The notes below the pieces were generated by a model. The model ran no database searches. It saw only the letters and a program-made list of their open reading frames with translations, and was not told the origin of the DNA. Shown one piece after another: positions 39,805 through 48,320 of a stretch of DNA of 64,000 bases; positions within the stretch are counted from its first letter, which is position 1; each line of letters opens with the position of its first letter. Source of the DNA: Patescibacteria group bacterium (GTDB lineage Bacteria > Patescibacteriota > Microgenomatia > UBA1406); the NCBI GenBank assembly GCA_041665145.1, contig JBAYJK010000001.1, positions 99,464 to 163,463 of the forward strand. Reading direction: 5' to 3'. The position numbers and the translations under genes were made by a program.

Positions 39805-40818
39805 TTATGAATGATACTGCTTTTGGTAATATTGCTGATATTCACCGGATTTTATTTCCTTCCACCAATCAGTATTTTTCCCATACCACGCAATGGTTTT
39901 CTGTAGTGCTGTGTCAAAATCAAACTGAGGTTTCCATCCCAATTCACGGTTGATTTTTGACCAATCCATCGCATATCTCCGATCATGGCCGGGGCGGTCT
40001 TTTACGTAATCAATTATGTCTTCGGTTTTTTGCATGAATTTCAAAATTCGTTTGCTCACTTCAATATTCGGAATGTCTTCGGTCAATCCACCTATGAGAT
40101 ATGTTTCACCGAGGGCACCTTTTTTCAGAATCGCATCAATCGCACTGCAGTGATCCTCTACATATAACCAGTCTCGCACATATTGACCATCTCCGTAAAT
40201 GGGTATCCGTTTCCCCTCCAAAATATTTGTAATGGCAAGAGGTATCAGTTTCTCGGGAAACTGATACGGCCCGAAATTATTTGAGCAATTGGAGATTGTT
40301 ATCGGTAAACCGTACGTGGTAGCGTATGCTCGTACCAGATGATCCGATCCTGCTTTTGATGCGGAATAAGGGCTGTGGGGGTTATAGTTAGTTGTCTCGG
40401 AAAATTTATCTTTGGTTCCAAGTTCCAGTGCCCCGAAAACCTCATCTGTTGATATGTGATGAAAGCGTGCGACTTTATGCTCGAGTGCGGACTGTAAAAG
40501 CACAAATGTTCCTTCTACATTAGTTTTAATAAACGGAGAAGGATCCGAAATAGACCGGTCGACATGCGATTCTGCTGCAAAGTGGACGACAATATCAATT
40601 CCCTGCATAACCCGGTTAACAACTTGGGAATCACAAATATCTCCTTTAACAAACGAGTAACGAGGATCATTTTCGACCGAAGCCAAATTTTTCAAATTGC
40701 CTGCATAAGTTAGTGCGTCGAGATTAACAATTTCGTCTTGAGGATATTTTTGTAGCCAATACTGGATGAAATTGCTTCCGATAAATCCCGCACCGCCGGT
40801 AACAAGCAGCTTGCTCAT
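39805..40818 (-). CDS. rmlB: dTDP-glucose 4,6-dehydratase
   Basis: TGGAGFIGSN, HISTDEVFG, YSASKAGSDHLVRAY (catalytic YxxxK). Confidence 0.9.
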   Translation of the reverse strand: MSKLLVTGGAGFIGSNFIQYWLQKYPQDEIVNLDALTYAGNLKNLASVENDPRYSFVKGDICDSQVVNRVMQGIDIVVHFAAESHVDRSISDPSPFIKTNVEGTFVLLQSALEHKVARFHHISTDEVFGALELGTKDKFSETTNYNPHSPYSASKAGSDHLVRAYATTYGLPITISNCSNNFGPYQFPEKLIPLAITNILEGKRIPIYGDGQYVRDWLYVEDHCSAIDAILKKGALGETYLIGGLTEDIPNIEVSKRILKFMQKTEDIIDYVKDRPGHDRRYAMDWSKINRELGWKPQFDFDTALQKTIAWYGKNTDWWKEIKSGEYQQYYQKQYHS

Positions 40819-41576
40819 GAAAATTTGACGTATTCGAGGAACTTAGTTAACCCCGGCGCATTGGCTTTTTTTGCCCAGTACAGGTTTGCGGTTATGAGTG
40901 TCTCGAACGTTCCTGCATCCAACCAATATCCGTCCAACTCAGCAAAATGCAGTTGTTTCTTTTCTATATACAGATTATTGACGTCGGTTATTTCCATTTC
41001 CCCCCGACCTGACGGTTTACAATCCCTAATGACATCAAAAATATGGTTGTCGTACAGGTAAAGACCGGTGACGGCGAAGTCCGAAGGAGGGTCTTGCGGT
41101 TTCTCTATAATTTCAACAATTGTTTTCCCATCGTCGGAAAAACGGGGAACACCGAAGCGTTTCGGATCCGGTACCTTCTTAAGAAAAATGGTTGCCCCGC
41201 CCGTGAAATCCTTCACCGCCTTACTGATGTTCGCATCAGTCGTATTGTCCCCAAGAATAACCGCTATTGAGTCACCGTCAGCAAACTTCTCAGCAAGCGC
41301 TACCGCGTCTGCAATTCCGCCTTTGGGATTCTCCTGAAAAGCATATTCGACGTGTTTCAATCCGAATTCCTCGCCGTTTTTCAAAACATTCAAAAAATGC
41401 CCGGTGTGCGGTCCTGAAGTAACGATAAGTATTTCGTCGACACCTGCCTGAACCAGCGTCTGTATCGGATAATACACCATCGGTTTGTCATATACCGGCA
41501 ACAAATGTTTATTAGTAGCATACGTCAATGGGTATAGCCGGGTGGCAAGACCTCCTGCGCAAATTACACCTTTCAT
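40815..41576 (-). CDS. rmlA: Glucose-1-phosphate thymidylyltransferase
   Basis: MKGVICAGGLATRLYPLTYATNKHLLPV nucleotidyltransferase signature. The internal M at 41576 is used because the ORF-track N-terminal extension (to 41693) overlaps the upstream gene. Confidence 0.85.
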   Translation of the reverse strand: MKGVICAGGLATRLYPLTYATNKHLLPVYDKPMVYYPIQTLVQAGVDEILIVTSGPHTGHFLNVLKNGEEFGLKHVEYAFQENPKGGIADAVALAEKFADGDSIAVILGDNTTDANISKAVKDFTGGATIFLKKVPDPKRFGVPRFSDDGKTIVEIIEKPQDPPSDFAVTGLYLYDNHIFDVIRDCKPSGRGEMEITDVNNLYIEKKQLHFAELDGYWLDAGTFETLITANLYWAKKANAPGLTKFLEYVKFS

Positions 41577-41836
41577 AATAAAGGAAAGAAAATAACTTGT
41601 AATGTTACGAAACCGAGAATTGTTATCAATAGGTATTCTAGCACAACGCTGAAGGTTATTCTCTTGATTCGAACGTGGTGAAGAACCGCCCATATAAAAT
41701 AATATAGTGCAAACAAAGTCCCGACAATCAATCGCTGTTGTGGATCGTGGCGTACAGAAAGTAGTGCAACGCTCACTAATGCGTATACCAATAAAACAAG
41801 GTAGTCGACAGGATACTTTTTAATATCATTCATCAT
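41573..41836 (-). CDS. Small 2-3 TM membrane protein of unknown function
   Basis: 87 aa and hydrophobic; the stop abuts the rmlA start and the start overlaps the upstream stop, so it is operon-embedded. Confidence 0.4.
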   Translation of the reverse strand: MMNDIKKYPVDYLVLLVYALVSVALLSVRHDPQQRLIVGTLFALYYFIWAVLHHVRIKRITFSVVLEYLLITILGFVTLQVIFFPLL

Positions 41837-42720
41837 AGGATAAGTCCTGAACTCATAGTCAAGATGCCCAAAAGAAAGAAAGCGATGAATATGAAATGCG
41901 CAACGTGTTTTCCAGACAATCTGAATGCCCCCTGTTTTTCCATATAGTACAGGTCGATCGCGAGAACGAAGATAAATCCCATAAGAACTATAAACATAAT
42001 CTGTTTCTGTAATATCCCGATGTCAATGAGCGGTTTTTTGTAAACGGAGCCTGCAACTTGTTGTGTGGTAACAGATTTATTCTTGACAGTTTGTTTCGCG
42101 AGTACCGGTTTAGTCTCAGCGGATGGGTTTGTAGTATCCGATGTCATGAACGAAGGATCTTGTTTTCCGAATAACTGGACCACAAGGACGGTCGGTTGTC
42201 CGAGGAGAGTCCCTTCCTGAATAGAGAAACCTATTTCGGTATACTCAGGTTTAAGGATGTTCTCTCGGTGCTTCGGGGAATTCATCCAGGCGGTGACGAC
42301 CGCTTGACTGTCTGTAAAATCTTTAGCAAGGTTTTCTCCTGCATATAAATAATGATAATTTTCCTTTTCGAAAAAAAACCATGGGGAGGTGCCTGTCGGT
42401 GAAAAATGAGCCCAATAGTTTTCCTGAAACATATCAATGGCTTTGTCATTTGCAGCAAGGTTCAATTTTTGGTTCAAAGTCAATGGTTCCAAGCCATTTT
42501 TTGCCCGTTCTGCATTCGTATCGTTTAATAAAACATCAACAGAAATATTTGTGCTGACTCCTAAAATGTTATTGTTAAAGTTTTTGAAGGCAATCTTGAA
42601 TGTGAGATTCAGAAGTATAAGAACAGCAATCAAACCTGTCAGAAAATCATGGTGCAGATATTTTGCTTTGAAATCATTGCTTTCGTGGGGAACAAATAGA
42701 TGTTGTAAGAACCGGAACAT
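41833..42720 (-). CDS. CAP/SCP (PR-1-like, YkwD-like) domain protein with TM anchors
   Basis: CAP motifs in ANDKAIDMF...NYWAHFSP...HYLYAGENLA...VTAWMNSPKHRENIL...TEIGFSI, with N- and C-terminal hydrophobic segments. Confidence 0.65.
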   Translation of the reverse strand: MFRFLQHLFVPHESNDFKAKYLHHDFLTGLIAVLILLNLTFKIAFKNFNNNILGVSTNISVDVLLNDTNAERAKNGLEPLTLNQKLNLAANDKAIDMFQENYWAHFSPTGTSPWFFFEKENYHYLYAGENLAKDFTDSQAVVTAWMNSPKHRENILKPEYTEIGFSIQEGTLLGQPTVLVVQLFGKQDPSFMTSDTTNPSAETKPVLAKQTVKNKSVTTQQVAGSVYKKPLIDIGILQKQIMFIVLMGFIFVLAIDLYYMEKQGAFRLSGKHVAHFIFIAFFLLGILTMSSGLIL

Positions 42721-42740
42721 AGTAAAAAGTATAGCAGATT

Positions 42741-43952
42741 TTACAGCGACTGTTTAGTGTGCAGGTAGTGCTTCATGGTGAGCAGAGGCAGGGTGAGTGA
42801 CTGCAGCAATATCAGAAGATATATTATTAAAAAATACGAAAGTATATTTTTCAAATCACGGGTTTTGCCGAGGTTGCGATTTGTTGAAACACCGAGAATC
42901 TCTGATCGATCAATAGACAGGTAGTAAGTCTGTTCGTTTATAGTGGGAAATATCTGTAGGGTAGGGTGCGGACTGGGAAGTGTGGTAATTGATGAAACAG
43001 CAAGTGCCGATTCGCTTGTTGTCGCTTGATTAATACACATAGTGTTTACTAAACCATAACTCGGTTCAGTTATACACCAATTACTGTCATCATTGATATC
43101 CTGGTTACTGAAACTCTTTCCCTGCATGCTTGAGTTGTATTCAATAGTGGCAATAACGTTCTTGTTTTGATCTAAAATTCGAATACTGTCATAATCATTG
43201 TTAAACATACTGCTTACAAATTCGATAGTTTGAAATCCGCGAGAAGAGACGGTCAAGGAGAAGGATTTTGGTGCGCTTCCGCTGTCTTCCTGGTCGTCAG
43301 CATACCATGTAGATAAAACTGCTTCTATGGGACAAGAATTGTACAACTCAATCCACTCATGGTTGTCGGGTAGCGGATTAATCATGACTTCAGAGAGATG
43401 AATGCATCCGGTCAGATCGGGGACGGGAGTCGTAGTTGGAGTTTGAGTTGGAATACGTGTAGGCGTTGTTGTCGGTGTAGGTGTCGGAGTTACGACGCAT
43501 GATATGCCCAACGCATTTTGAAAACCAAAACTTGCCGATCCCGTGGCCCATAAACTTCCTCCGTCAGGTAACCTTAGCCAGGAAATATTTATACCCGGAC
43601 TTTTCAGATACGAATAGTTGTCTATCAGTCGGGAGCTTGATGTCGTTGGAAGATCGGTATTATCAAACAGACGGATAGTGTCTCCCGATGATTTATTTAA
43701 GTTAAGGTTTTCGTTGAAAACAACGCAAGAATTAGGATGGAGAAGCGTACCGTGTGGAACAGTGAAAAACGTTGTTCCTCCGGCGTCATCGATAAACCAA
43801 TTTGAAATATCAACTATGCTTGTTGAGTTATTCCACAGTTCTATTCTTTGCTCAGGTTCGACGGAAAACTCGTTAATAACAATTGAACTTTCACCCTGAG
43901 TTATATGAGGATTTAATGCTGCTAAGACGATCAAGATTATGATAAGCCACAC
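42741..43952 (-). CDS. Secreted cell-surface protein with two lamin-tail (LTD) domains, Thr/Pro linker and C-terminal TM anchor
   Basis: VINEFSVEPEQRIELWNNS...DISNW and HLSEVMINPLPDNHEWIELYNSC (LTD INE..P....E[WF]IEL[YW]N motif) appear twice. TPTPTPTTTPTRIPTQTPTTTP linker; C-terminal hydrophobic tail. Confidence 0.6.
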   Translation of the reverse strand: MWLIIILIVLAALNPHITQGESSIVINEFSVEPEQRIELWNNSTSIVDISNWFIDDAGGTTFFTVPHGTLLHPNSCVVFNENLNLNKSSGDTIRLFDNTDLPTTSSSRLIDNYSYLKSPGINISWLRLPDGGSLWATGSASFGFQNALGISCVVTPTPTPTTTPTRIPTQTPTTTPVPDLTGCIHLSEVMINPLPDNHEWIELYNSCPIEAVLSTWYADDQEDSGSAPKSFSLTVSSRGFQTIEFVSSMFNNDYDSIRILDQNKNVIATIEYNSSMQGKSFSNQDINDDSNWCITEPSYGLVNTMCINQATTSESALAVSSITTLPSPHPTLQIFPTINEQTYYLSIDRSEILGVSTNRNLGKTRDLKNILSYFLIIYLLILLQSLTLPLLTMKHYLHTKQSL

Positions 43953-44016
43953 TGAAAATAGTATAACGGCGTAAGGAAGTGATCAACGGTTTATATACAT
44001 CAAATTGAAACAAACA

Positions 44017-45204
44017 TTACTGAACATGGAGGTAATACGACATTATTCCGTTACCATGGTCGATAAACTTGATATTTATTGTTGCACTACCACAGGCTTG
44101 TGAAGAAGAGTACAATACCCCGTCTGCAACGGCTCGAATAACCTGACTCCCTGTGCTATCAAGATCGATTCCTGTATGGACATGCCCGCTATAGGCATAT
44201 CGATATGACCAAGGCGTATTTCCATATCTCTGGTTAACTTGCATTGGATCAGATAATGGCCAATCCCAAGAACCTGATCCTATTACCATATCCTGATAAT
44301 TAGAATCGTCAACGGCAACAGCTAATGTTTTAGGACTTAAATAATTCTCCGCATTGACCCACTGGCCGTTTTGGTGAACCTCAAAATGCAAGTGGGCTCC
44401 TGTTGAGCAATAGGGATAACCACTGTTTCCTACAATTGCAATAGGATCACCTTTTTTGACATCTCCCACCCTGGATCCAGTTGCTGTTGCCTGGTCTATA
44501 GCTTTTCTTTCTGCTAAAGCTTGACTAAGTATGGTTTGATATCTTGCTTCATCATTTCTTGTTGCATCTAGCAGACGTTTCTTTTCTTGTTGTTGTTGTG
44601 CAAGAGTAACTTTGTATTGTTCCAACTTTGCGGTAAGCCGCTTCAGTTCGATTTCTTTTTCTTCACGAAGCTCCTTCTGTTCCTGAAAATTTACCTTGGT
44701 GTCCTGAACCTTAAGTAAAAGATTGCGGTCATTTTTTTGCGATTGCTGCAGGTATTGCATCGAGCGCAAAAGGGCAGGCAAATTGCCCGCATTAAAAAGT
44801 GTGTGAAAGGTGCTGGTATTTTGTTGTTGTTTGTACGTTTCGACGATTTTTTTGTTCACCGCGACCGAAACATTGGTTAGTGTCGTATCAAGCTCTGAAA
44901 TTCTGCTTCCCAGATTTGCAATTTCATCGGTTAACATGCTAACTTCCTTTGTATTTTTACTGATCTCAAGCTCGGTAATATACGCTTGAGTGTCCATATA
45001 TTTAATCTGAGAAGCGAGTGTATCGATCTTTTTGCGCGAGTCGGAAACCTGTCTGTTACAGGCATCTATGACTTGTTGAATTTTTTCCGGTCCGGCAGAG
45101 GAATCAACCTGTACGCAGTCGGAACTCTGGGCAAATGTTGCAGTGTGAAAAAATAGAAATGCGAGAAGGAGGAAGAAAGTAGAAAATCCCAATCGTCTTA
45201 ACAT
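44017..45204 (-). CDS. EnvC-like coiled-coil M23 (LytM) peptidase / murein hydrolase activator
   Basis: Signal peptide, a long coiled coil, M23 motifs HTGIDL and GNSGYPYCSTGAHLHFEV; it sits directly downstream of ftsEX. The start is taken at MLRRLG (45204); ORF-track 45237 is the alternative. Confidence 0.75.
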   Translation of the reverse strand: MLRRLGFSTFFLLLAFLFFHTATFAQSSDCVQVDSSAGPEKIQQVIDACNRQVSDSRKKIDTLASQIKYMDTQAYITELEISKNTKEVSMLTDEIANLGSRISELDTTLTNVSVAVNKKIVETYKQQQNTSTFHTLFNAGNLPALLRSMQYLQQSQKNDRNLLLKVQDTKVNFQEQKELREEKEIELKRLTAKLEQYKVTLAQQQQEKKRLLDATRNDEARYQTILSQALAERKAIDQATATGSRVGDVKKGDPIAIVGNSGYPYCSTGAHLHFEVHQNGQWVNAENYLSPKTLAVAVDDSNYQDMVIGSGSWDWPLSDPMQVNQRYGNTPWSYRYAYSGHVHTGIDLDSTGSQVIRAVADGVLYSSSQACGSATINIKFIDHGNGIMSYYLHVQ

Positions 45205-45237
45205 ATGCTTATTATAAATGATTCTCGGATAATCCAT

Positions 45238-46131
45238 TTACTTGACGTATTTGGAGGCAGCGACAAATGTAGTAAGCCAAATGATGATATAGCCGACAAT
45301 AAACGATATGCTTGCGAGCAATATGAATACATATGCATTCGGCGGCCAGATAGTGATGGCAAATGTACCCTGATTGTAGAGCGATAATGCGGGTATGCCG
45401 ACAAGAAAAGCGGAAAGCTGAGATTGAAAACCGAAGAAAAGTGACATAAAAACAGTAGAGCTTGTAATAGAAGCGGCAAAATTGATAAGCAAATTTTCTG
45501 CAAGAAACGGGCGGATAACAAAATATCTTGATGCTCCCAGAAGCCGCAATATTTCGATCTCTTCTTTGCGGGACATAATTTTGAACGTAATAGTCGCAAA
45601 TATTACAAAAAACACAATCAGAAACTGGGCGGTCAAAAAGGCGATTGCTGACCATTTAATAGTGTTGGTAACTCGTATAAGACTATCGATAATATCCTGC
45701 TGAAAAGATACATCTTCAACTCCCGGTACTTTTTTAGCCTCCTGTGCTACTTCACTCAAAAATTCCGGCTGTTTGGTAAATACCTCGAGGGATGCGGGAA
45801 GCGCGTCCTTGGTTACCATTTCAAGGAGTAGTGGTTCATTTTTATTCAGATCTTTGTAGATTTTGAGCGCTTCTTCTTTCGAGATGTATCGTGCTTCTTT
45901 AACCTTTCCCTGTGTAAGCAGCTCTTCACGGAACTTGAATATTTGTGATTCCGGTGTTGTTTTGAGGAAATAGACAGTTACTTGCGGTTGAGTTTCAATG
46001 TATGAAACAAGCTTTGTTAAAAGAAGTATGGTAAATGAAAACAAAAGAAGCATGAAGAAACTGAATGTCAGTGCAAAAAAAATACTGAGGGATTGATACG
46101 GGTTCCTTCTTAAAGATAAAAGAGCTTTCAT
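45238..46131 (-). CDS. ftsX: Cell division ABC-transporter permease FtsX
   Basis: Four-TM FtsX topology with a large first extracytoplasmic loop; overlaps the ftsE stop. Confidence 0.8.
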   Translation of the reverse strand: MKALLSLRRNPYQSLSIFFALTFSFFMLLLFSFTILLLTKLVSYIETQPQVTVYFLKTTPESQIFKFREELLTQGKVKEARYISKEEALKIYKDLNKNEPLLLEMVTKDALPASLEVFTKQPEFLSEVAQEAKKVPGVEDVSFQQDIIDSLIRVTNTIKWSAIAFLTAQFLIVFFVIFATITFKIMSRKEEIEILRLLGASRYFVIRPFLAENLLINFAASITSSTVFMSLFFGFQSQLSAFLVGIPALSLYNQGTFAITIWPPNAYVFILLASISFIVGYIIIWLTTFVAASKYVK

Positions 46132-46811
46132 GTTTTATCTAAACTATATACCCCCTCATGGGAATCTTTAATTATTTTTCCTTGTTTCAAAACAATCACG
46201 CGTTTACGCAATGTATTTACAATATCATGATTGTGGGTTGCAAAGAGTATCGTTGTATCTTTTGTCTGAATTTTCCTGAATAAACGGATAATTTCCCAAG
46301 TAGTGACCGGATCAAGGTTTCCTGTCGGTTCATCGGCAAGAATTATGTTGCGGCCTCCGGCGACAGCACGCGCAATTGCGAGTCGCTGTAATTCACCTGC
46401 AGAAAGCTGCAGAGGGAAAAACAAACTCTTTTTTTCGAGACCGACCTGTCGCAAATGTGACAAAGCCTCTTCTTTTGCATTCTTTATTTTTAATATTGAG
46501 AGTGCAATCATTACATTTTCCAGAATATTCTTGTCGGAAACAATCTTAAAATCCTGGAAAATCACTCCCATCTTCTTCCTCAATACGTCCGTATGTCTGA
46601 ACCGCCGTTCCGAGATTATTTCATTGTCAACATACACATTTCCTTCAGACGGCAATAATTCTCTCATCAGAAGCTTGAGAAGTGTGGTTTTACCAGAACC
46701 GGACGGCCCAATCAGAAAGACAAACTCGCCTTTTTCGATTTCAAGATTTATATCCTCCAGTGCGAAATTTCCTGCTTGGTAGTTTTTGTAGACGTGCTCA
46801 AACCGAATCAT
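46128..46811 (-). CDS. ftsE: Cell division ATP-binding protein FtsE
   Basis: Walker A GPSGSGKTT, ABC signature LSAGELQRLAIARA, Walker B ILADEPTGNLD. Confidence 0.85.
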   Translation of the reverse strand: MIRFEHVYKNYQAGNFALEDINLEIEKGEFVFLIGPSGSGKTTLLKLLMRELLPSEGNVYVDNEIISERRFRHTDVLRKKMGVIFQDFKIVSDKNILENVMIALSILKIKNAKEEALSHLRQVGLEKKSLFFPLQLSAGELQRLAIARAVAGGRNIILADEPTGNLDPVTTWEIIRLFRKIQTKDTTILFATHNHDIVNTLRKRVIVLKQGKIIKDSHEGVYSLDKT

Positions 46812-46812
46812 A

Positions 46813-47277
46813 TTATTCTACTTCCAGATAACCAATATCCATGAGCCAACCGGCAGTTTGGGCAGCGTACGTCTTTCCCCAGACCTTGACTTTCTTTCCG
46901 ACAACTGCAGTCAGATCGATAGATGATGAAGTGAGATATACGTATTGTGATTTTCCGCCTGGTCGTTCGAGGTGATGTGTTCCTTCACCGTCAATGCCGC
47001 CTGACTTCAGAATTCCTTCCGCAGAATCAGGAAACAGTTTGGTATTTTTGGTGCCGAACGAGTTTCCTCCGGATGTACCGCCAGAGGAGCCGCCTGCGGA
47101 CATTGTCGACGAGCCGGTCCCTTTAGGTCCTACGACTTTTGCCAACACATATCCGGATCCGATACCAAAAATAACAACAAGCGCAATAATCGAAGCTATT
47201 ATAACGGCTTGAGATGGCTGTTTCGCAGCAGTGTTCACGGGCTTTTGTTCAAGTGGGTGAATTAAATTTTCTGTCAT
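46813..47277 (-). CDS. Small single-pass membrane protein with Gly/Ser-rich linker and C-terminal beta domain (unknown function)
   Basis: N-terminal TM VIIASIIALVVIFGIGSGYVLA, a GGSSGGTSGG linker, and a conserved-looking C-terminus. It is wedged between prfB and ftsE on the same strand. Confidence 0.45.
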   Translation of the reverse strand: MTENLIHPLEQKPVNTAAKQPSQAVIIASIIALVVIFGIGSGYVLAKVVGPKGTGSSTMSAGGSSGGTSGGNSFGTKNTKLFPDSAEGILKSGGIDGEGTHHLERPGGKSQYVYLTSSSIDLTAVVGKKVKVWGKTYAAQTAGWLMDIGYLEVE

Positions 47278-47295
47278 AATTACATTCTACTAAAT

Positions 47296-48303
47296 TTATG
47301 AAAATTTTAGCAAATAAGCTTTAATAAACTCGTCAAGCTTTCCGCCGAGCACTTCATCGGGATTATTACTCTCGAAATCAGTCCGCAGATCCTTGATTAG
47401 TTTGTAGGGGTGAAGGACATAGGACCGTATTTGCAGTCCCCAGCTTGCCATTTTACTTGTTCTGAACTGGGCAGTTTCCTGTTTTCTTTTCTCTTCTTCA
47501 ATCTGCCATAGTTTTCCCCGTAGCATTTGTAATGCAAAGGTTCTGTTTTGTTGCTGATATCGCTCTTCCTGGCACGTGACAATTATACCCGTCGGTTTGT
47601 GGGTCAAGCGAACTGCGGTTGCAACCTTATTGACGTTTTGGCCGCCGTGCCCTCCGCTTCTGAAAAATTGCCATTCCAATTCGTCGTCCTTCACCACGAA
47701 TTCCTGTTCGGCAAGAATAGGAAAAACTTCCACGAGAGCAAACGAAGTCTGACGAAGCGCATTGGCGTTGAATGGCGATTGTCTCACTAACCGGTGCACT
47801 CCTGCCTCTGCTTTCATGTTGCCAAATGCAAAGTCCCCATAAACATTCATTACGACGGTTTTCAATCCTGCCTCTTCACCTTCTATCTGATCAACCATTT
47901 CAACTTTCCAGCCTTTATTTTCGAAATATTTGGTGTACATTCTGAAAAGCATGGCTGTCCAATCCATCGCCTCGGTTCCGCCTTGGCCGGCATGAATGGA
48001 GAAGATTACATTAGCATTATCGAATTTGCCGCTGAAAAGCAGCAATGTCTCATATTTTGCCAATTCTTTCTGTAGATTCTCGTAATCCTTATCCTCATAC
48101 AGAAGTTCCATGAGTTCGAAATCGTCAATCTGCTTTTGTAGATTGCTTTGCTCCTTCAACAGGTCTTTTGCGGCGTTAGGGTCTTTCCAGAGGTTTGGTT
48201 TGTTTACTTCGCTTTCGAGAATAAGCAACCGTTGCCGCTTGTTATCAATATCGAATTTATGTCTAAGCTCAAGATATTTTGTGGCTGGGTCTTGTTGGGT
48301 CAT
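47296..48303 (-). CDS. prfB: Peptide chain release factor 2 (no programmed frameshift evident)
   Basis: GGQ motif [11 protein letters not shown] and the RF2-specific SPF motif (RQSPFNAN). There is a single continuous ORF. Confidence 0.85.
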   Translation of the reverse strand: MTQQDPATKYLELRHKFDIDNKRQRLLILESEVNKPNLWKDPNAAKDLLKEQSNLQKQIDDFELMELLYEDKDYENLQKELAKYETLLLFSGKFDNANVIFSIHAGQGGTEAMDWTAMLFRMYTKYFENKGWKVEMVDQIEGEEAGLKTVVMNVYGDFAFGNMKAEAGVHRLVRQSPFNANALRQTSFALVEVFPILAEQEFVVKDDELEWQFFRSGGHGGQNVNKVATAVRLTHKPTGIIVTCQEERYQQQNRTFALQMLRGKLWQIEEEKRKQETAQFRTSKMASWGLQIRSYVLHPYKLIKDLRTDFESNNPDEVLGGKLDEFIKAYLLKFS

Positions 48304-48320
48304 GCAAAAAATACTAAGAC

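Noticed and set aside
47296-48303. Programmed +1 frameshift site in prfB
   Set aside because: The RF2 reading frame is continuous from an ATG that aligns downstream of the usual frameshift position; no CTT-TGA-C shifty stop with an upstream ORF0 was seen.
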